From an uncultured Christensenellaceae bacterium (GTDB lineage: Bacteria > Bacillota > Clostridia > Christensenellales > DTU072), in the NCBI GenBank assembly GCA_964463195.1, contig CAYXBO010000001.1, positions 1-47,060 of the forward strand: a stretch of 47,060 nucleotides of DNA, read 5' to 3'. Below, piece by piece: positions 10,301 to 21,000 of this stretch (the stretch's first letter is position 1; each line of letters opens with the position of its first letter). The position numbers and the translations under genes were made by a program. The notes beneath the pieces were generated by a model. It did not search any database and was not told the origin of the DNA. It saw only the letters and a list, made by a program, of their open reading frames with translations.

Positions 10301-12043
10301 GATTACGTCGTGGATATAGGAAGAGGACAGACCGTTACCTTCAGGGTGAGCGTAATCGACAGAACGCTTGTGAGCCACACCGTTTCGATAGGAGACGGGA
10401 CGGCAACCGTAACCGAATTCGGAATAGGCGACTGGAAAACCGTAACCGTGACCGACGGCACGGCAGCCTGCAAGTATTACGAAATCGACCCGTATAAGGT
10501 GGTCCCCGGCGAAGGCTATCTGCCGCGGGAAATCACCGCTGACACCTTCGCAAACGGCTTACCCGGTGAGTTCGTTCTGCCCGTTGTCTGGACGACCGAT
10601 TTCGTTATCGATTACGAAGGCTCGGATATAACCGTCGTCAACGGTCATATTCTCGGAATGGGAGACCAAGAGCTGACCTTTGCGGTGCTGGTAAAGCAAC
10701 GCTCCGCCTCGGCGTACGACGTTATGCTTTCGGACGAAAACGGCAACGCCTTAAAAGGTTATACCGACGGCAGCAACGCCGGAGCGGGAATTTACAACTT
10801 CGGCACGCATCAGGCGGACCCGTTTGCGTACGGTGCGGAAAATCTTCCGAAATACGCGAGTCTGGTTGCCAAAAACAACTCAGAGCCTCCGATAACGGTG
10901 CCGATTGACTGGAAAATCGAGCCTAATACCTTCAGCGTTTCGGGTGGGACGGCCGTCGTTCACGGTTATCTCGCGGCGGAGGGAGTTGGTCATCACGTAA
11001 CCTTGTCCGTCGAGTCCGACGCGTGGACCTTCGTGAGAATAGCAAGACCAGTCGACACCAAAGGGACGAGCGATTACAAAGAGTGGGAATACAGAGATAT
11101 GTCGCCGATAAGGTTCACCTTCGTGTCGCTTATTTCCGAAAACGGTTACTTTGAAATGACCGACCGCGCCTTCCGCGCGACCTTCAGAGTGACGGACGGA
11201 GAGGGCAATTACAGATACGAATACAAGTATTTCGTCCCCGAAGCGTACGCGACGGAGCAAGACCTGAAGATTTACTTCAGCGACGACGCTATACGTCAGG
11301 CTGCGCAATCGACTGCTAAAGAAAGCACCTCGAGCTTCTATCTCGGCGACGACGATAAGGTGAGAATGCACGTGACCGGCAACATAAACTATCTCGTCGA
11401 AGCTCCTATTATAGAGACCGACAGCGTGGTTTACTACTATAACACCTCGGGAGGCGCGCAGTATCTGCCGTACATCCTGATAGACCCCTTGAACCCGAGT
11501 CTGCCGCAGAAGGCGTACAGCTACACCAACTGGTCGCCCGACCGTCTGGTGGAGTGGACGATAACTTCTACCGCGGAGTTCGGCACGGTCAACCTCAGCA
11601 GCTACCTCGTCGGCGGAATTTTGAGGGGTAAGAACTTCGCGTTCACCTTAAAAGACGGAAGCGGCGCAAACGTTCTCGACCAGAGCGGAAATGCGGTAAC
11701 GCAGGTCGTTCCGGTGCAGCTCCTGTTCCTCGACAGAACCGTTGACGCGGGAGAGGAAACGACGCGAGTTTCCACAGGAAAAGAAGAGAGAGCGACTGTA
11801 AGCCTGACGTTTAAGGACACCTTCGACGCTTACACCTACGCCGGTCGCCCCAATCCGTACGGAAGCTATAACGAGGTTATCGACGCGTTGAACGCGGCGG
11901 TGTCAATCTACGGCAGCACGCGTACTGTGGAAATCGTTTACGAGATAACGGAAGGCGGAGAAAAAGTGTTCAGGGAATTCCGCACGGGCGGAAACGTATA
12001 TACCAAGGACCTTTTCGGAGACGCTCCGATAATATGGCAATAA
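4322..12043 (+). CDS. Giant surface lipoprotein (~2573 aa) with N-terminal paralogous module and many Ig-like-type DPY...LP...DG...W repeats
   Basis: ORF 4280-12043 (GTG). Start moved to ATG 4322 (AGAGGCAAAGGA upstream), giving MLKRVNLKKILVMILAAVMLVALVAC = signal peptide plus lipobox LVA|C. Colinear similarity to gene 3: DLSKMLASFIDDRSGLNT vs DISKLLGAFIGDSLGLNT, and LLQRIFGIDDLVANFTAQV vs LLKLIGISNLSANGTVKV. No LPXTG, SLH or C-terminal TM. Confidence 0.9.
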   Translation: MLKRVNLKKILVMILAAVMLVALVACVSADDDANYPFTIIDNQQNKHNQDHTTKDEAIQRTSDSITNLKNYLKSATVADTGYYMEFDFDIDTDTGDNFELKFRGNLYTYPYEIKDENGNVIGEDPDAKAIHNEVIKKSDLLIEWYNGHTNELMIGFYFDGVNASKENPGNHLYLNLRGYKRWYRNFGNTVMFQQIMRLITNLDIELILADNDSSIDQSITKFATYLSYAVNDNYKKTQNGSTTTIFYENIVLDAITEDINKAIRSVFSPFEDKIDPLTNKYLGFKFSTLGQVQTRTLNSDLTFHIEPDITETLDVLYGIDVKMNGTAMSYGTSVPFRSNANVRYSTRVSNDIRFDLQGYVEFIHGQYDFTALFDIPMFKLRYDGEIITSLTEKDNTLNKIDARFRNLATQEYAVMLFYRDEKFYLNTEGIEDIYGAIQIDELGFPKVFYEGIDLAALFRTFYDTVNNGMVSIVDALLNPETYQGEGVEEGLIRAVMAKMRSEGDTMTLTVDIELIKEVLRYTQKVDPNEESPYYTLDDKGRPIYTTKGLVMLFSDWLGYDMEQIAAIFGVASAEILLERSWFEITYDVETNHIVIEMFTSIRQDRAIVFRLTLIPEKFGEKVTFPTEMENWDSYKPLEEVKTLSATLNGDIRFASSAEVDLSKMLASFIDDRSGLNTVYRTAPNARILFTLVFDQYIQYTDPEGNDNLQFILGELEDKGIEIDMEEMVGQMRGRMAFYFSMTVQSNRGEELVARLYAYNVAFNQDVYDRIEAGQNVPEGYGYVYVDLTGGLNPGRADVPLMKIREDYFMHSFFDYTGKTDAANSAATLSIYSILMAILEDSTFYTTDDAISITTSNRLLQRIFGIDDLVANFTAQVGFRQRVKNQYSVITMVDRFADYEVSVLTDLEVLGVYDNTVPVHKTIVVEFRWVSGDVQTRILKFKYYKESEPVPDEFYNEEEYQAALDKYNEYIASRHNIDIVPDKDRYYPSVDGTFMGAERNYVLTVNGGANQRNATARIESLYETEFRWEPFEDKPTSIRAVNSNNGLVMYYPADFDIDWSKVTVDGLDRAYYTVTVGPDSLGEFTAEVAISVINRRVINGDGTAADVVYVYNDGKEVSASVAASLTIDPYDYIVSRYASSKRFEDGTFITDYLKTRASQVTLNFAGGDSERGFFDWYFDDADGVGNNRETAINERGGKLYLHTSFHKQIIALELTVLQRTVDHIKIIGEEKDDTYTVDVLDRSTYTLPVRPTVYFSDGNGNESSRIFAFDLIWSYAAVDNVTMEGAPDIDGHPSPFAGHIGNTVSAYLDIERAFGIGEWFGKQIVTLTVVAPPKVISELYEVGARPSVGAEPETRKAVSIEVLGTRERGYWIIDDRFESSYRLPHTVTAYFDDGTNKNYNVEWDTSTGLVTRQNNDYTVSRSIMNNQDVEFYYVNASLDDVYPFSLIIVKLPYKGNISVAAWNRTEGRDDVRLSIEEDGSVAGRYIYQVNPYDDVFLTPNVIEEVFAGYEENGIPIGIAVGSGERHYFRNKYAVNPAVSGLEYVYVLGESNVSVTVTVEVTTDGTVAKSIEFLNAGVTAGSGEHTVFADSTVTMEVSAVADSVKRILIGGLEVPADGVIVAGGKNYSARGLVEYLLSNVRITMEDNSQKIRNPEIVNFNGVFNSAELQNGINLTMRMSIVPGILDYEVVVSGQTENLHPEVKNVEITLQPFDSDPENGERYRNGYSLTTHRVEFEDGTTETFTDWYVGAFNGVSGLKVGQLIRTITPEMLLAKYPVDSTVDITVYTFRADDSKINVRFKIPTLDWTKFQSINYSGEFAITDGVILINDMYATDITSIRGVLDRLPTSIRFYNIEVNNVRWRAADGAEEKLANLRFDDNNQFALATATVNAGGLFDVTLKIRFADCKIGRVEGFPVQKPDGNGNLTVEIKIDPYAEGSTGTYTLPRDIVLRYSGSSNRTHTFYGVEYRLGDNAHAERSIPYIYSGFSDGLQGGERDYVVDIGRGQTVTFRVSVIDRTLVSHTVSIGDGTATVTEFGIGDWKTVTVTDGTAACKYYEIDPYKVVPGEGYLPREITADTFANGLPGEFVLPVVWTTDFVIDYEGSDITVVNGHILGMGDQELTFAVLVKQRSASAYDVMLSDENGNALKGYTDGSNAGAGIYNFGTHQADPFAYGAENLPKYASLVAKNNSEPPITVPIDWKIEPNTFSVSGGTAVVHGYLAAEGVGHHVTLSVESDAWTFVRIARPVDTKGTSDYKEWEYRDMSPIRFTFVSLISENGYFEMTDRAFRATFRVTDGEGNYRYEYKYFVPEAYATEQDLKIYFSDDAIRQAAQSTAKESTSSFYLGDDDKVRMHVTGNINYLVEAPIIETDSVVYYYNTSGGAQYLPYILIDPLNPSLPQKAYSYTNWSPDRLVEWTITSTAEFGTVNLSSYLVGGILRGKNFAFTLKDGSGANVLDQSGNAVTQVVPVQLLFLDRTVDAGEETTRVSTGKEERATVSLTFKDTFDAYTYAGRPNPYGSYNEVIDALNAAVSIYGSTRTVEIVYEITEGGEKVFREFRTGGNVYTKDLFGDAPIIWQ

Positions 12044-12055
12044 GTGAGATAAAGG

Positions 12056-15000
12056 ATGAAAAAGGCTAAACTTTTCAAAAACTTAATACTCATCCTTATG
12101 GCGGCGGCGATACTCGTGCTCGCCTTGTTCGCGTGCACTACCGACACGGACGACAACGGCGACCCGACTGGGACGGACGCTCCGACCTACACGAGGGAAC
12201 AGATTCTCGGGAAGCTGTCCACTTCTTTGGACACTTCTGTGAAGAAGCTCGCGGACGAAAGAAAGACCGGAACGGTTACCACGACGAGCGAGTATTCCAT
12301 AATCGTCGAGGATTTGAAATATACGGTCAAGTACAACGCCGCAATCGACTATTCGCACGTCGAGAACAGCCGCATATACTTCAAGATTTACGACGACGAG
12401 TGCACCATGACGAGGATTATGGCGTACTACGACGCCGGAACCCTCTATTACGAGAACAACGGCAGGCGTCAGAAGGTTGCGGGCTTCGGAACCTCGGGTA
12501 TTTTCCCGCTGTTCCTGTCGCTTATCGAGAATTTCGATATGTCCTATTCTTTAGGAACGATTGCCGATATCGTGTCGGGAACGGCTCTCGAAAACCTCAT
12601 CCGCTCTGACAACCTGAAGCTTTACGGCGCGGGCGAAAACCGCACCAACATTTCCATACAGGGTATTGAGCTCGACACCCTGAAGACCGTCCCGAACGGT
12701 ATGATTGCCGACTTCTTCTCAAGCTTCGGAACGGCGTTCGACGCAATAGGCACGGAGCTTTTAGGCACCTCCATTTCCGACCTCGGAATGCTGAGAATAA
12801 GAAGTCTCGACGCAAATTACGTGGAATTCTATTCGGAAAACGACGTTTTCGACCAGATGTATTTCGATTTCTCGGGTTATATGGAAACGCTGTCGCCGTT
12901 CAGCATAAAGGGCGGATTTAAGACCGTTACGGGCTTCAACGCAGTAGAGGTGGAAGCACTGGACGACGAAGTGAGATACCGCTCGGCAATAGACGAAATT
13001 GCCCTTAAAAACGGTTTCAGCGCGGAGCAGAAGGCGGCTTATCTCGAGAAGTACCGTTATCACGACTTCTATCTAGGGAAGGGCAGCTTCGCAGGAACAG
13101 TCAGCTTCCCGTCCATGAACGTCACCTACGACGCAACCTTGGATTATACCTTGAATTACAACGATAACGCTCAGAATCTTATGATATTTAAGATTAAGGA
13201 CGGCGGTCTCGACGCCGCCGCGGCGTACTACCTCGACGGTAAGCTTTATATCGACGCGGGTACTCTTTACGACGTGTTCAACGCCGGCTTCGGGCTTTCC
13301 TATTTCAATCTGCCGAAGGCGGTCGTCGCAGACTTCGATTTGTCCGCCTTCCTTGCAAGGGTAATCGACGTTTTAGACAACGTCGTGAGAGAAAGCAACG
13401 TGGACGTTTCCGAAGAAACGAAAAGCCGGATTTTAAAAATTCTGGTTTCAAAAATAGAGTCGAACGGTCCGGTTATCGGAATAACCGTAGATAAAGAGCT
13501 TATAGACGCTTTAAATCAGATTTCCTCAAACCCCGTCGACGCCGCAAACGTCGCAGCCTACCTCGGCTCGGTTCTCGGCGTAAGTCAGACCTTTATAGAC
13601 AATATTTTAAGCGCAAGCGTCTTCGACAGCATGGCTCTCGTTCTGTCGTTCAACCTCGCAACCGGCGGCTTTGCGACGGAGCTTCTCTTCAACGGCTCGA
13701 CCGTGGTCAGATGCGATTTCGAGGCGGTTTCCGCAACCACGGAGATTTACGAGACTGTAAAAGGGGCGAGCGTTTCGGCTAAACCCATGGCTGACGGCTC
13801 TATAGGTCTGTACGTAACTCTCGACGGTAAAACCTATTATCTCTCGGCGGACGACGGTGCGGTCGTCGGCTCCGACGGCGTAAGAGCGGGCAGTTACTTC
13901 CTTGAACAGAAGAGGTTCGGCATAGACGGCGCGGTCTACAGCTTCGCCGCCCCCGACCTTATTGCGCAGCACGACAATTCCAAGGTCGGAATATTCTCTC
14001 TCGTACAGAAGAAGCTGTCGGTCGACGGCGTAACCTACCGCATAGAGGACGGTCGGGTGCTTTACGAAACTCTCTCGGGAAGCTTCGACGGGCAGAGCCT
14101 TGCAATCGGAAATGCGCGTTACTTCGTAAGAGACGGTAAGATTTACGCGACCTCAGACGGGACGGACGTCCTCGGCAAAGTGGAAAACGGCGTGGTGACT
14201 TTGGGGCAGACCGAATACTTTACCGAAGACGGCGATTTGTTCCGCATTGCGGGAAGCATAAGGGCAAACGGCGATTTGGTTTCCGTTTCCGTCGGCGAGG
14301 GCATTTATATCGTCGCGACCGGAAAGGTTATGAGAGACCGCGGAATTTACCGCTCGGACGAAGGTATCATTACGCTTGACGGCGTAAATTATTACGTAAA
14401 CGACGGAAAGATTTATCAAACCGTCGATTTCGCTACGGAAACCGGTGCAATTGACGCCGAAAACAGCAAAATCACCGTAAACGGCGTCGATTACTATTTC
14501 GACGAGGCGAGAAAAGAGGTCGGACAGCACGTGTTCGGCGACGTTATCTATCCTGAAGAGGCGGGCTTTGTCGCAAGCGGAGAGCTTAAGGTTGCGGGCA
14601 TGCAGTCGCAGGATATCTCCAAGCTCCTCGGCGCGTTTATCGGAGACTCTTTGGGGCTTAACACTCCGATTGTGCTGAACGCAACCGACAGACTTAAATT
14701 CGACGTCAAAGTCGCGTTCGGAACGGACGGAGAGGACGGCGTTTACATAAAGCTCACCCTTAAAACGAGGGCGGGAACGGAAACCGTTCTCGTGGAAATC
14801 GCGACCGTAGACGGCAGCTCGGATACCGTCCTTATAGATTTCAGACTGCTCGATATCCGGTTCCGCTCGCCGAGCTCCGAGGTGGTCGGCGCGTTCCGCA
14901 GATTTGCGGGAGAGGGCAGCATTTTCGGCGAAGAGGATATTCTCAGCGCGTTAATTGCCGCTTTGGCGGAGGCAAGCGTGGGCTACGACAGCAACGGCAT

Positions 15001-18000
15001 ACAGTTTGCATTCGATTATCATGCGGTCTCGGGAGAGGTGGCGGTTGACCCGCTCCTAAAGCTCATCGGAATTTCCAATCTCTCCGCAAACGGCACCGTA
15101 AAGGTAAACTATTCCCCCGACATGGAGGAGTGGAAGGCGATGAACGCCGACGAGGGCTCCTTTATCGAGCCGAAGCTTGAGAATTTCCCGACCATAGTCG
15201 ATAATTACGAAAGCATTTACGACGCGGAATGGATAGAGGAGATTTCCTTCTTAAATCCCGAGCTCGACGGCCTGACGCTCAAAATTCCTTACGACCCCGA
15301 AACGGTTAAGGTCGTGACCGGAAAGAACACTTATACGCCGAGAGCCTCCCTTCTCGGACAGGTCCTGACCTATACGCTGATGTTAAGAGGCGGTGAAAAC
15401 GCCACCAAAGTCGCCGTCGAGGTCGTCGGCAACGCAATAGTATTCGACAGCTACGAGGAAAACCCCGTCCACGAAAAAATTGCCGTAAGATACGACGACG
15501 GAACGGAAGGCGAGGTTAAATATACCATAAAAGGCTTCAGCGAAGACCTCATTACCGAAGCCGGTATGGCTGCGGCTCCCTATACCGTGGTAATCGGCGA
15601 GGGCAAAATTGCCGAAACGGTGTTCGAGGGAGTAAGAGTCAGCGTCAGAAGCCGCGAGCTCGTCAAGCAGAATCCGGAAAATACCGACGGCTACGGCAGC
15701 CACTACCAGAGCACCGTTATCGGTTCCACGTCCGTTGACCCGTACGCGTACGCATTAAACAACAATTCAGGACTCGACCTTCCCGAAGCTTTGAACCTCA
15801 GGTTCTGGGAAGACGTAATAAACGACGACGGAACGACGGCTAAAGCCGTAATTCTCGACGAGTTCTGCTTCGATTGGGAGTTCGACGGTAAAATCGACGT
15901 GTCCGGCGGCACCTTCTATGCGCGCGTCGCGCGTATGTATAAAAAGGATAGCGACGCGGTCTATAAGGTTCCCGACTTGGTTTACGAAATTAACGTAATG
16001 CCTAAAATCTTCAGCTACGTTCAGTTCGGCGAGGAAAGCGGCAGCGGAGTGTATACGGTGGACGTGTTCGACAGCTCTACCTATTCCATCCCCGCAAGAA
16101 GCAGAGAGGGTTACCGCCTCGCAGTCTATTTTGCAGACGGTCATTACCGCATCGTCGGAAGCTCTGCTATGGGTCTTCCTACCGACGCTATGTTCGACGG
16201 TTATCTGGATATGACGTTAAACTGGAAATATCCGCAGGCAACTCACTTTGCACTCACGGGTTACCCCAACCCTCTCGGCGGAGAGACGGCGCAGAACACC
16301 GCCGTTCTTGCGGTCGACGGCTTGTCCTCTCAGGAGATAACCGCGAGAATTCTCGAGCCCACGAGAAACGTAAGAGAAGCGGGTACTGTTTCCGGCGTCG
16401 TGGAGAACGTGATTTCCGACGGAACGGTTTTACGCGATATAAGAAGCTTCCGTTACGACAACGTATCCTTCGGCGACAGCGACTACATAACCGTCAATCC
16501 GTACGCAACCGAAGCGCTTCCCGACACGATAACTCTCAATATCGAGGACAGAGTTACCGGCGTAATTACCAAGTTTACCTATCCCGTGGAGAGATGGCTC
16601 ACGGACGGCGACGTTATAAAGGAACAGGACGGTAAATACCTCCTTAAATATCCGGCAACCGAGGAAAGCTGGTTCAGAGCAGTAGCGGTCGTCGGAAACG
16701 GCAGAGTTACCGACCAGATTACAGTGAGAATTTACAATCCCGACGCGGAATACGCGGCGGTCACCTTCGACGGCTACGGCGAAAACGTCCTCGAGACGGT
16801 TGCAGACGCCTATTCGCCGCTAAAGCTTCCAAAAGGCTTCAGAATACGCCTCTACGACGGTACTGTTCTCTCGTACGGCGACGGAGACGGCGCGAGAGCG
16901 TTTGAATGGAAAGTGGATTTCGGGACGGAAAGAGAAAGCGACGTTCCCATGCTCACTGACTCCGAATATAACGCCTTCCGCGCGTTTATCGAAGGGCGGA
17001 GCAGAGTTTACGACCCCGTCTGGTTGACCAAAGGCTACAGCTTTGAAAACAGAGACTACAGCGTGGTGTTTACTGCGCACGTTCCGTCTGACGTCAACGG
17101 CTCCCTCGAGCAGGCGGTGGAGTTTACCGTAAACGTCAGAAGCCTTAAGCCCCGCGGAGTGGACGACGGCGCGGCTTCGTATCTCAATACCGGCAATATC
17201 AACCGCTACGGCTCGGACAGCGCGGAGCTTCTGAGCGCGTTGACGGAGGGCGGCATGTCCGTGCTTCCGATAAAGATGTACGCCCCGCAGAATATGTCGG
17301 AGATTACCTATTTCTTCAAGGTGGACTGGGCGGATAACGCGGCGTTCGAGAGCTTTACCGACGGATTGAAAGCCGTTGACGGCGGCGCGGAGTATGCACT
17401 TTCCGGAACGATATTCAGAGACGTTGCCGAAAAAGACCAGACCTTCGACGTGAGCTTCAGAACCCGCTCCAACGAGGTTCTCGATTCGGCGAGCTTCTAT
17501 TTCAGAAGCCTTTCCACGGCTCTTTCGGAAATGATAACCTCCGAATACAAAATCGACGGCGGCAAAAAGACCCTTACCGTCAACCTTCTCGAGCCGTACG
17601 CTCTTAAGCTTCTGAAAGGCGGCGCGTTCGGATACGCCTTGCCGAGCGAATATTTCGCGTTTACGCTTTCCAATATATATATCGTATTCGGCGACGGCTC
17701 GACGGGTAGCTATATTACGGACGCCCAGACGGCAATCGCCGCATATTCGGCAAACGGTAAGACCTTCGACGCGGCTGTTTACGATTTCGGCGGCGGAAAT
17801 ACCGAAAGCTCCGAAACGGAATTCGAGATAAGAATATCCGACGGCAGCTGTGAGGATTACCTGTCCGTAAAAATCGTCGCGACTCCCGACGTTGCGACGG
17901 TCTTTACCACGCGCGTTTCCGTCGAGCCGTACAACGACAACGGAACCCTTAAATATACCATTGAAAACGGCTACGCCGCAGGTTGCCCCATGTCCAACGA

Positions 18001-21000
18001 ATACACGGTGACCTACAACAATTCGGGAGTGGTCGTCTACTCGATAGACTGGACGATAAACGACCCCCTCACGAACAACGGTCTCGGTCTCGTCTATAAC
18101 GCTTCGGAGGGCGTCTGGTATCTGCCGATTGCTAATATTAAGGAAAGCGGCGGTTCGTCGACGTTAACCGGTGTTCTTCCGGACGGCACCGAGGTTCAGA
18201 GGGTAGTTTCCGTAAATCCCAAGAATATCGGCGGCACGGCGTATACCGCTCAGGCGGCGGAGGGCGGTTATTCCGCGGTAAACGGCACCGTAAACCTCGC
18301 CAACATGTATCAGTTATTTGAAATTATGACGGTTTCGGACGGGAACCGCGTGATAGACGTTGCAAAGCTTCCGTCTGTCATCGAGCCGAGACCGACGGCA
18401 ACGTTTGCCGGTTCGACCGTGTTTACCGTCAGCTGGCAGACGGAAAACTACTTCTCGGTTGCGGCAAACGGCGCGATAAACGGTGAAAAGACCGACGACG
18501 GGCGTTACCTTATCGCGCACGCGGATATTTCCGGCTATAACGGCGAAAGCCAGCGCGTTTACCTCTATATTAACGTTGCGGAAACCGAAGGTATTGCGGC
18601 AATCCGTGCGGACGGCTACGATTTCCGTCTGGAGGGTGACGCCTTCCACCTCTACCTCGACCCCTATAAGGACAACGGAGCGGGCGGTTACGACTGGACT
18701 GTAAAGCTTCCGACAGCGGCAACCGTCGACCTCTTCGGCGGCTCGACGAGCTATGCGTTTGCCTCGGGGCTCGTCTATAAGTACGGCGATATAACCGTAG
18801 AGCAAGCGGTTATCGACTATAAAACGCTCATTAAGCTTACCGGAGACGTTGAAACGGCAATTGACGGAGACACGGCGGAGCTCACTTTGGTTCTTCCGGA
18901 CGGCTTCGGGGTCGGGGTTACCTTAGAGGTCATTCCGAGAATAATTGCAGAAGACGGCGTAGAGGTTCCGTTCACGACCTCGGACGGAAGCACCGGCTAC
19001 CGCGCCGGAGCCTATTTCGTAGACCCGTACAATAGCGGCACCTATGATATCCCAACTACCATACGCGTGTGCTTTACCGACGGCGCAAGCCTTGACTTGA
19101 ACGTCGAATGGAATATCGTCGGCGCAAATTCCTTCACTGTTGACTACAGAGGCGGCGAATACGCCTTTACCGCAACCCTCGGCGGCGTGGGAGTGGATAT
19201 CGGAGACGCGCAGGTAATAAATCTTGACGTTACCGTCCTCGACCGCTCGCTGAAAGAGGACTTCGAGGCTTCCTCCGACGGAATGACTGCCAGGAACACG
19301 GGCGGCACGCTCGTTATAGAGAGACGTTTTGAAGATTATATAGGAGCGAGAGTGTCCGATATCTTCACGCACGCGTTCGTACCTTCCGATTTCGCGCATC
19401 CGGAGTTTCCGGAAGCGGGCGATATGAGCCTTGCGTATCCCGTTTTAAAGATATTCGGCGCGGGCGGCATAGAAGCGGGCGACGACGCCATAGTCAACGG
19501 AATGGCAGCCGTAGAATTCTCCGCGGCGCTTTCTGCGGGGACCGTCAAAGGGCAGCCGGCAAAGGTAGAAATAACCACCGACAGATTGACGTTAGTGGAC
19601 GATTTCGGAGATTTTGCGGCGTCCGACGGCGACAGGCTCTATTTCAATCCCTTCAGCAAGGATTCCCTTAAAACGGAATTCCGCTTAAGGTTTGCGGCTG
19701 AGACTTACGACCCCGAAACAGGCTGGACGGAAGCTCCGGACAAGCTTCTGACCTTCTATACCGAAAAATCTTCGGTAGGAGATTCCGAGCGCTCGAGAAG
19801 ACTTATCTACTGGGACGACGACATGTCCGCCGCGTTGTCCGGCGTTGCGGGATTTGCCTACGGAAACGAGGCAAAGCTCGTCGGCCGCGTGGAAAACACC
19901 GTCAACTATATCTATCTGCAGGTCAAAAACGTCAGGCTCGACTTGGGTTACGGCAGTAAGGAAAGCGGAATGGAGCCCTTCGATTACGTAATAGACCCCT
20001 TGACGCCCGAGCTCGTCTATACCGCTTACGCCGAGGGCAAAATAAACGGCGAATGGTACAGCCTCGGCAACGTCGTGCTCACATGGAAGGAAAGCGAGCT
20101 TTTAAGCGGCATATCCTTTACAGGAGAGCCGAGAAAGACCACCGGAGTTTACCTCGACGCTGGAGTGAAGGGGCTCGACGCCGTTCCGATAACGGTCAAC
20201 GTTTATTACCTCGACAGAACAGTCAAGAAAGCCTTCACCGACGAAAGCGGCTTTACCAACTACACCGAAGGAAATCTCTATAAGATTTACGACGACGGCA
20301 TCGTCAATTTCGGCGGAATGACTATCGACCCCGTCGCCAAATTTGAAAGCGGACGCTACGTGTATCCGTCCAATATAACCGCCGAGTTTGCGGCGGAAGC
20401 CTCAGGCGCTCCGCAGTCGGTTATAACCGCCGCGGTGGAAAAATACGGTCTGAGACTTAAGCTTACCGACACGCTCTGGGGGCTTAACGGCAAATCGGTG
20501 ACGCTTGCGGGTACGGGCTCCTCCCCGATAAACCTCGCGCTTCTCAGCGGAACGGTCACCCGCGGAGAGACTGCTTTCGTTTCGCAGTTTATGGAAACGG
20601 CAAATCAGAGCATCAACCCGTTCGTGTTCAAGATGAGCGTTCTCGACAGGGCGATTACCGCAACAAGCATTACCCACGCGCTTGACATCCACATGGCGTT
20701 CGACGGCTCGGACGGGCATCCCGACTACAGCATCGACCCGTACAATATAACCCTTCCGAAGAGCGTCGTCGTTACCTTCGGGTCGGGGAACGACACGACC
20801 AAAAGAACCTATACCTGGCAGAACGAATACGGTGAGCTGTGGACGTTCAACGACGAATCCTTGCAGAAGCTTCAGAGAGAAGAGATTATTAACGGCGCCG
20901 TCCTCGCCTCCGATATGTTTGCGACGGCATACTTTACAGTCAATTCGGAGACTTTCGAGGTGACCTTCCCGATAATCGCGAGAGTCATCGACGTAAACGG

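Noticed and set aside
12133-12609. Alternative-frame + strand ORFs inside the giant genes (also 8272-8508, 29522-29812, 40089-40544, 41246-41482)
   Set aside because: Arg/Gly-rich out-of-frame products nested in strong ORFs; no independent support.
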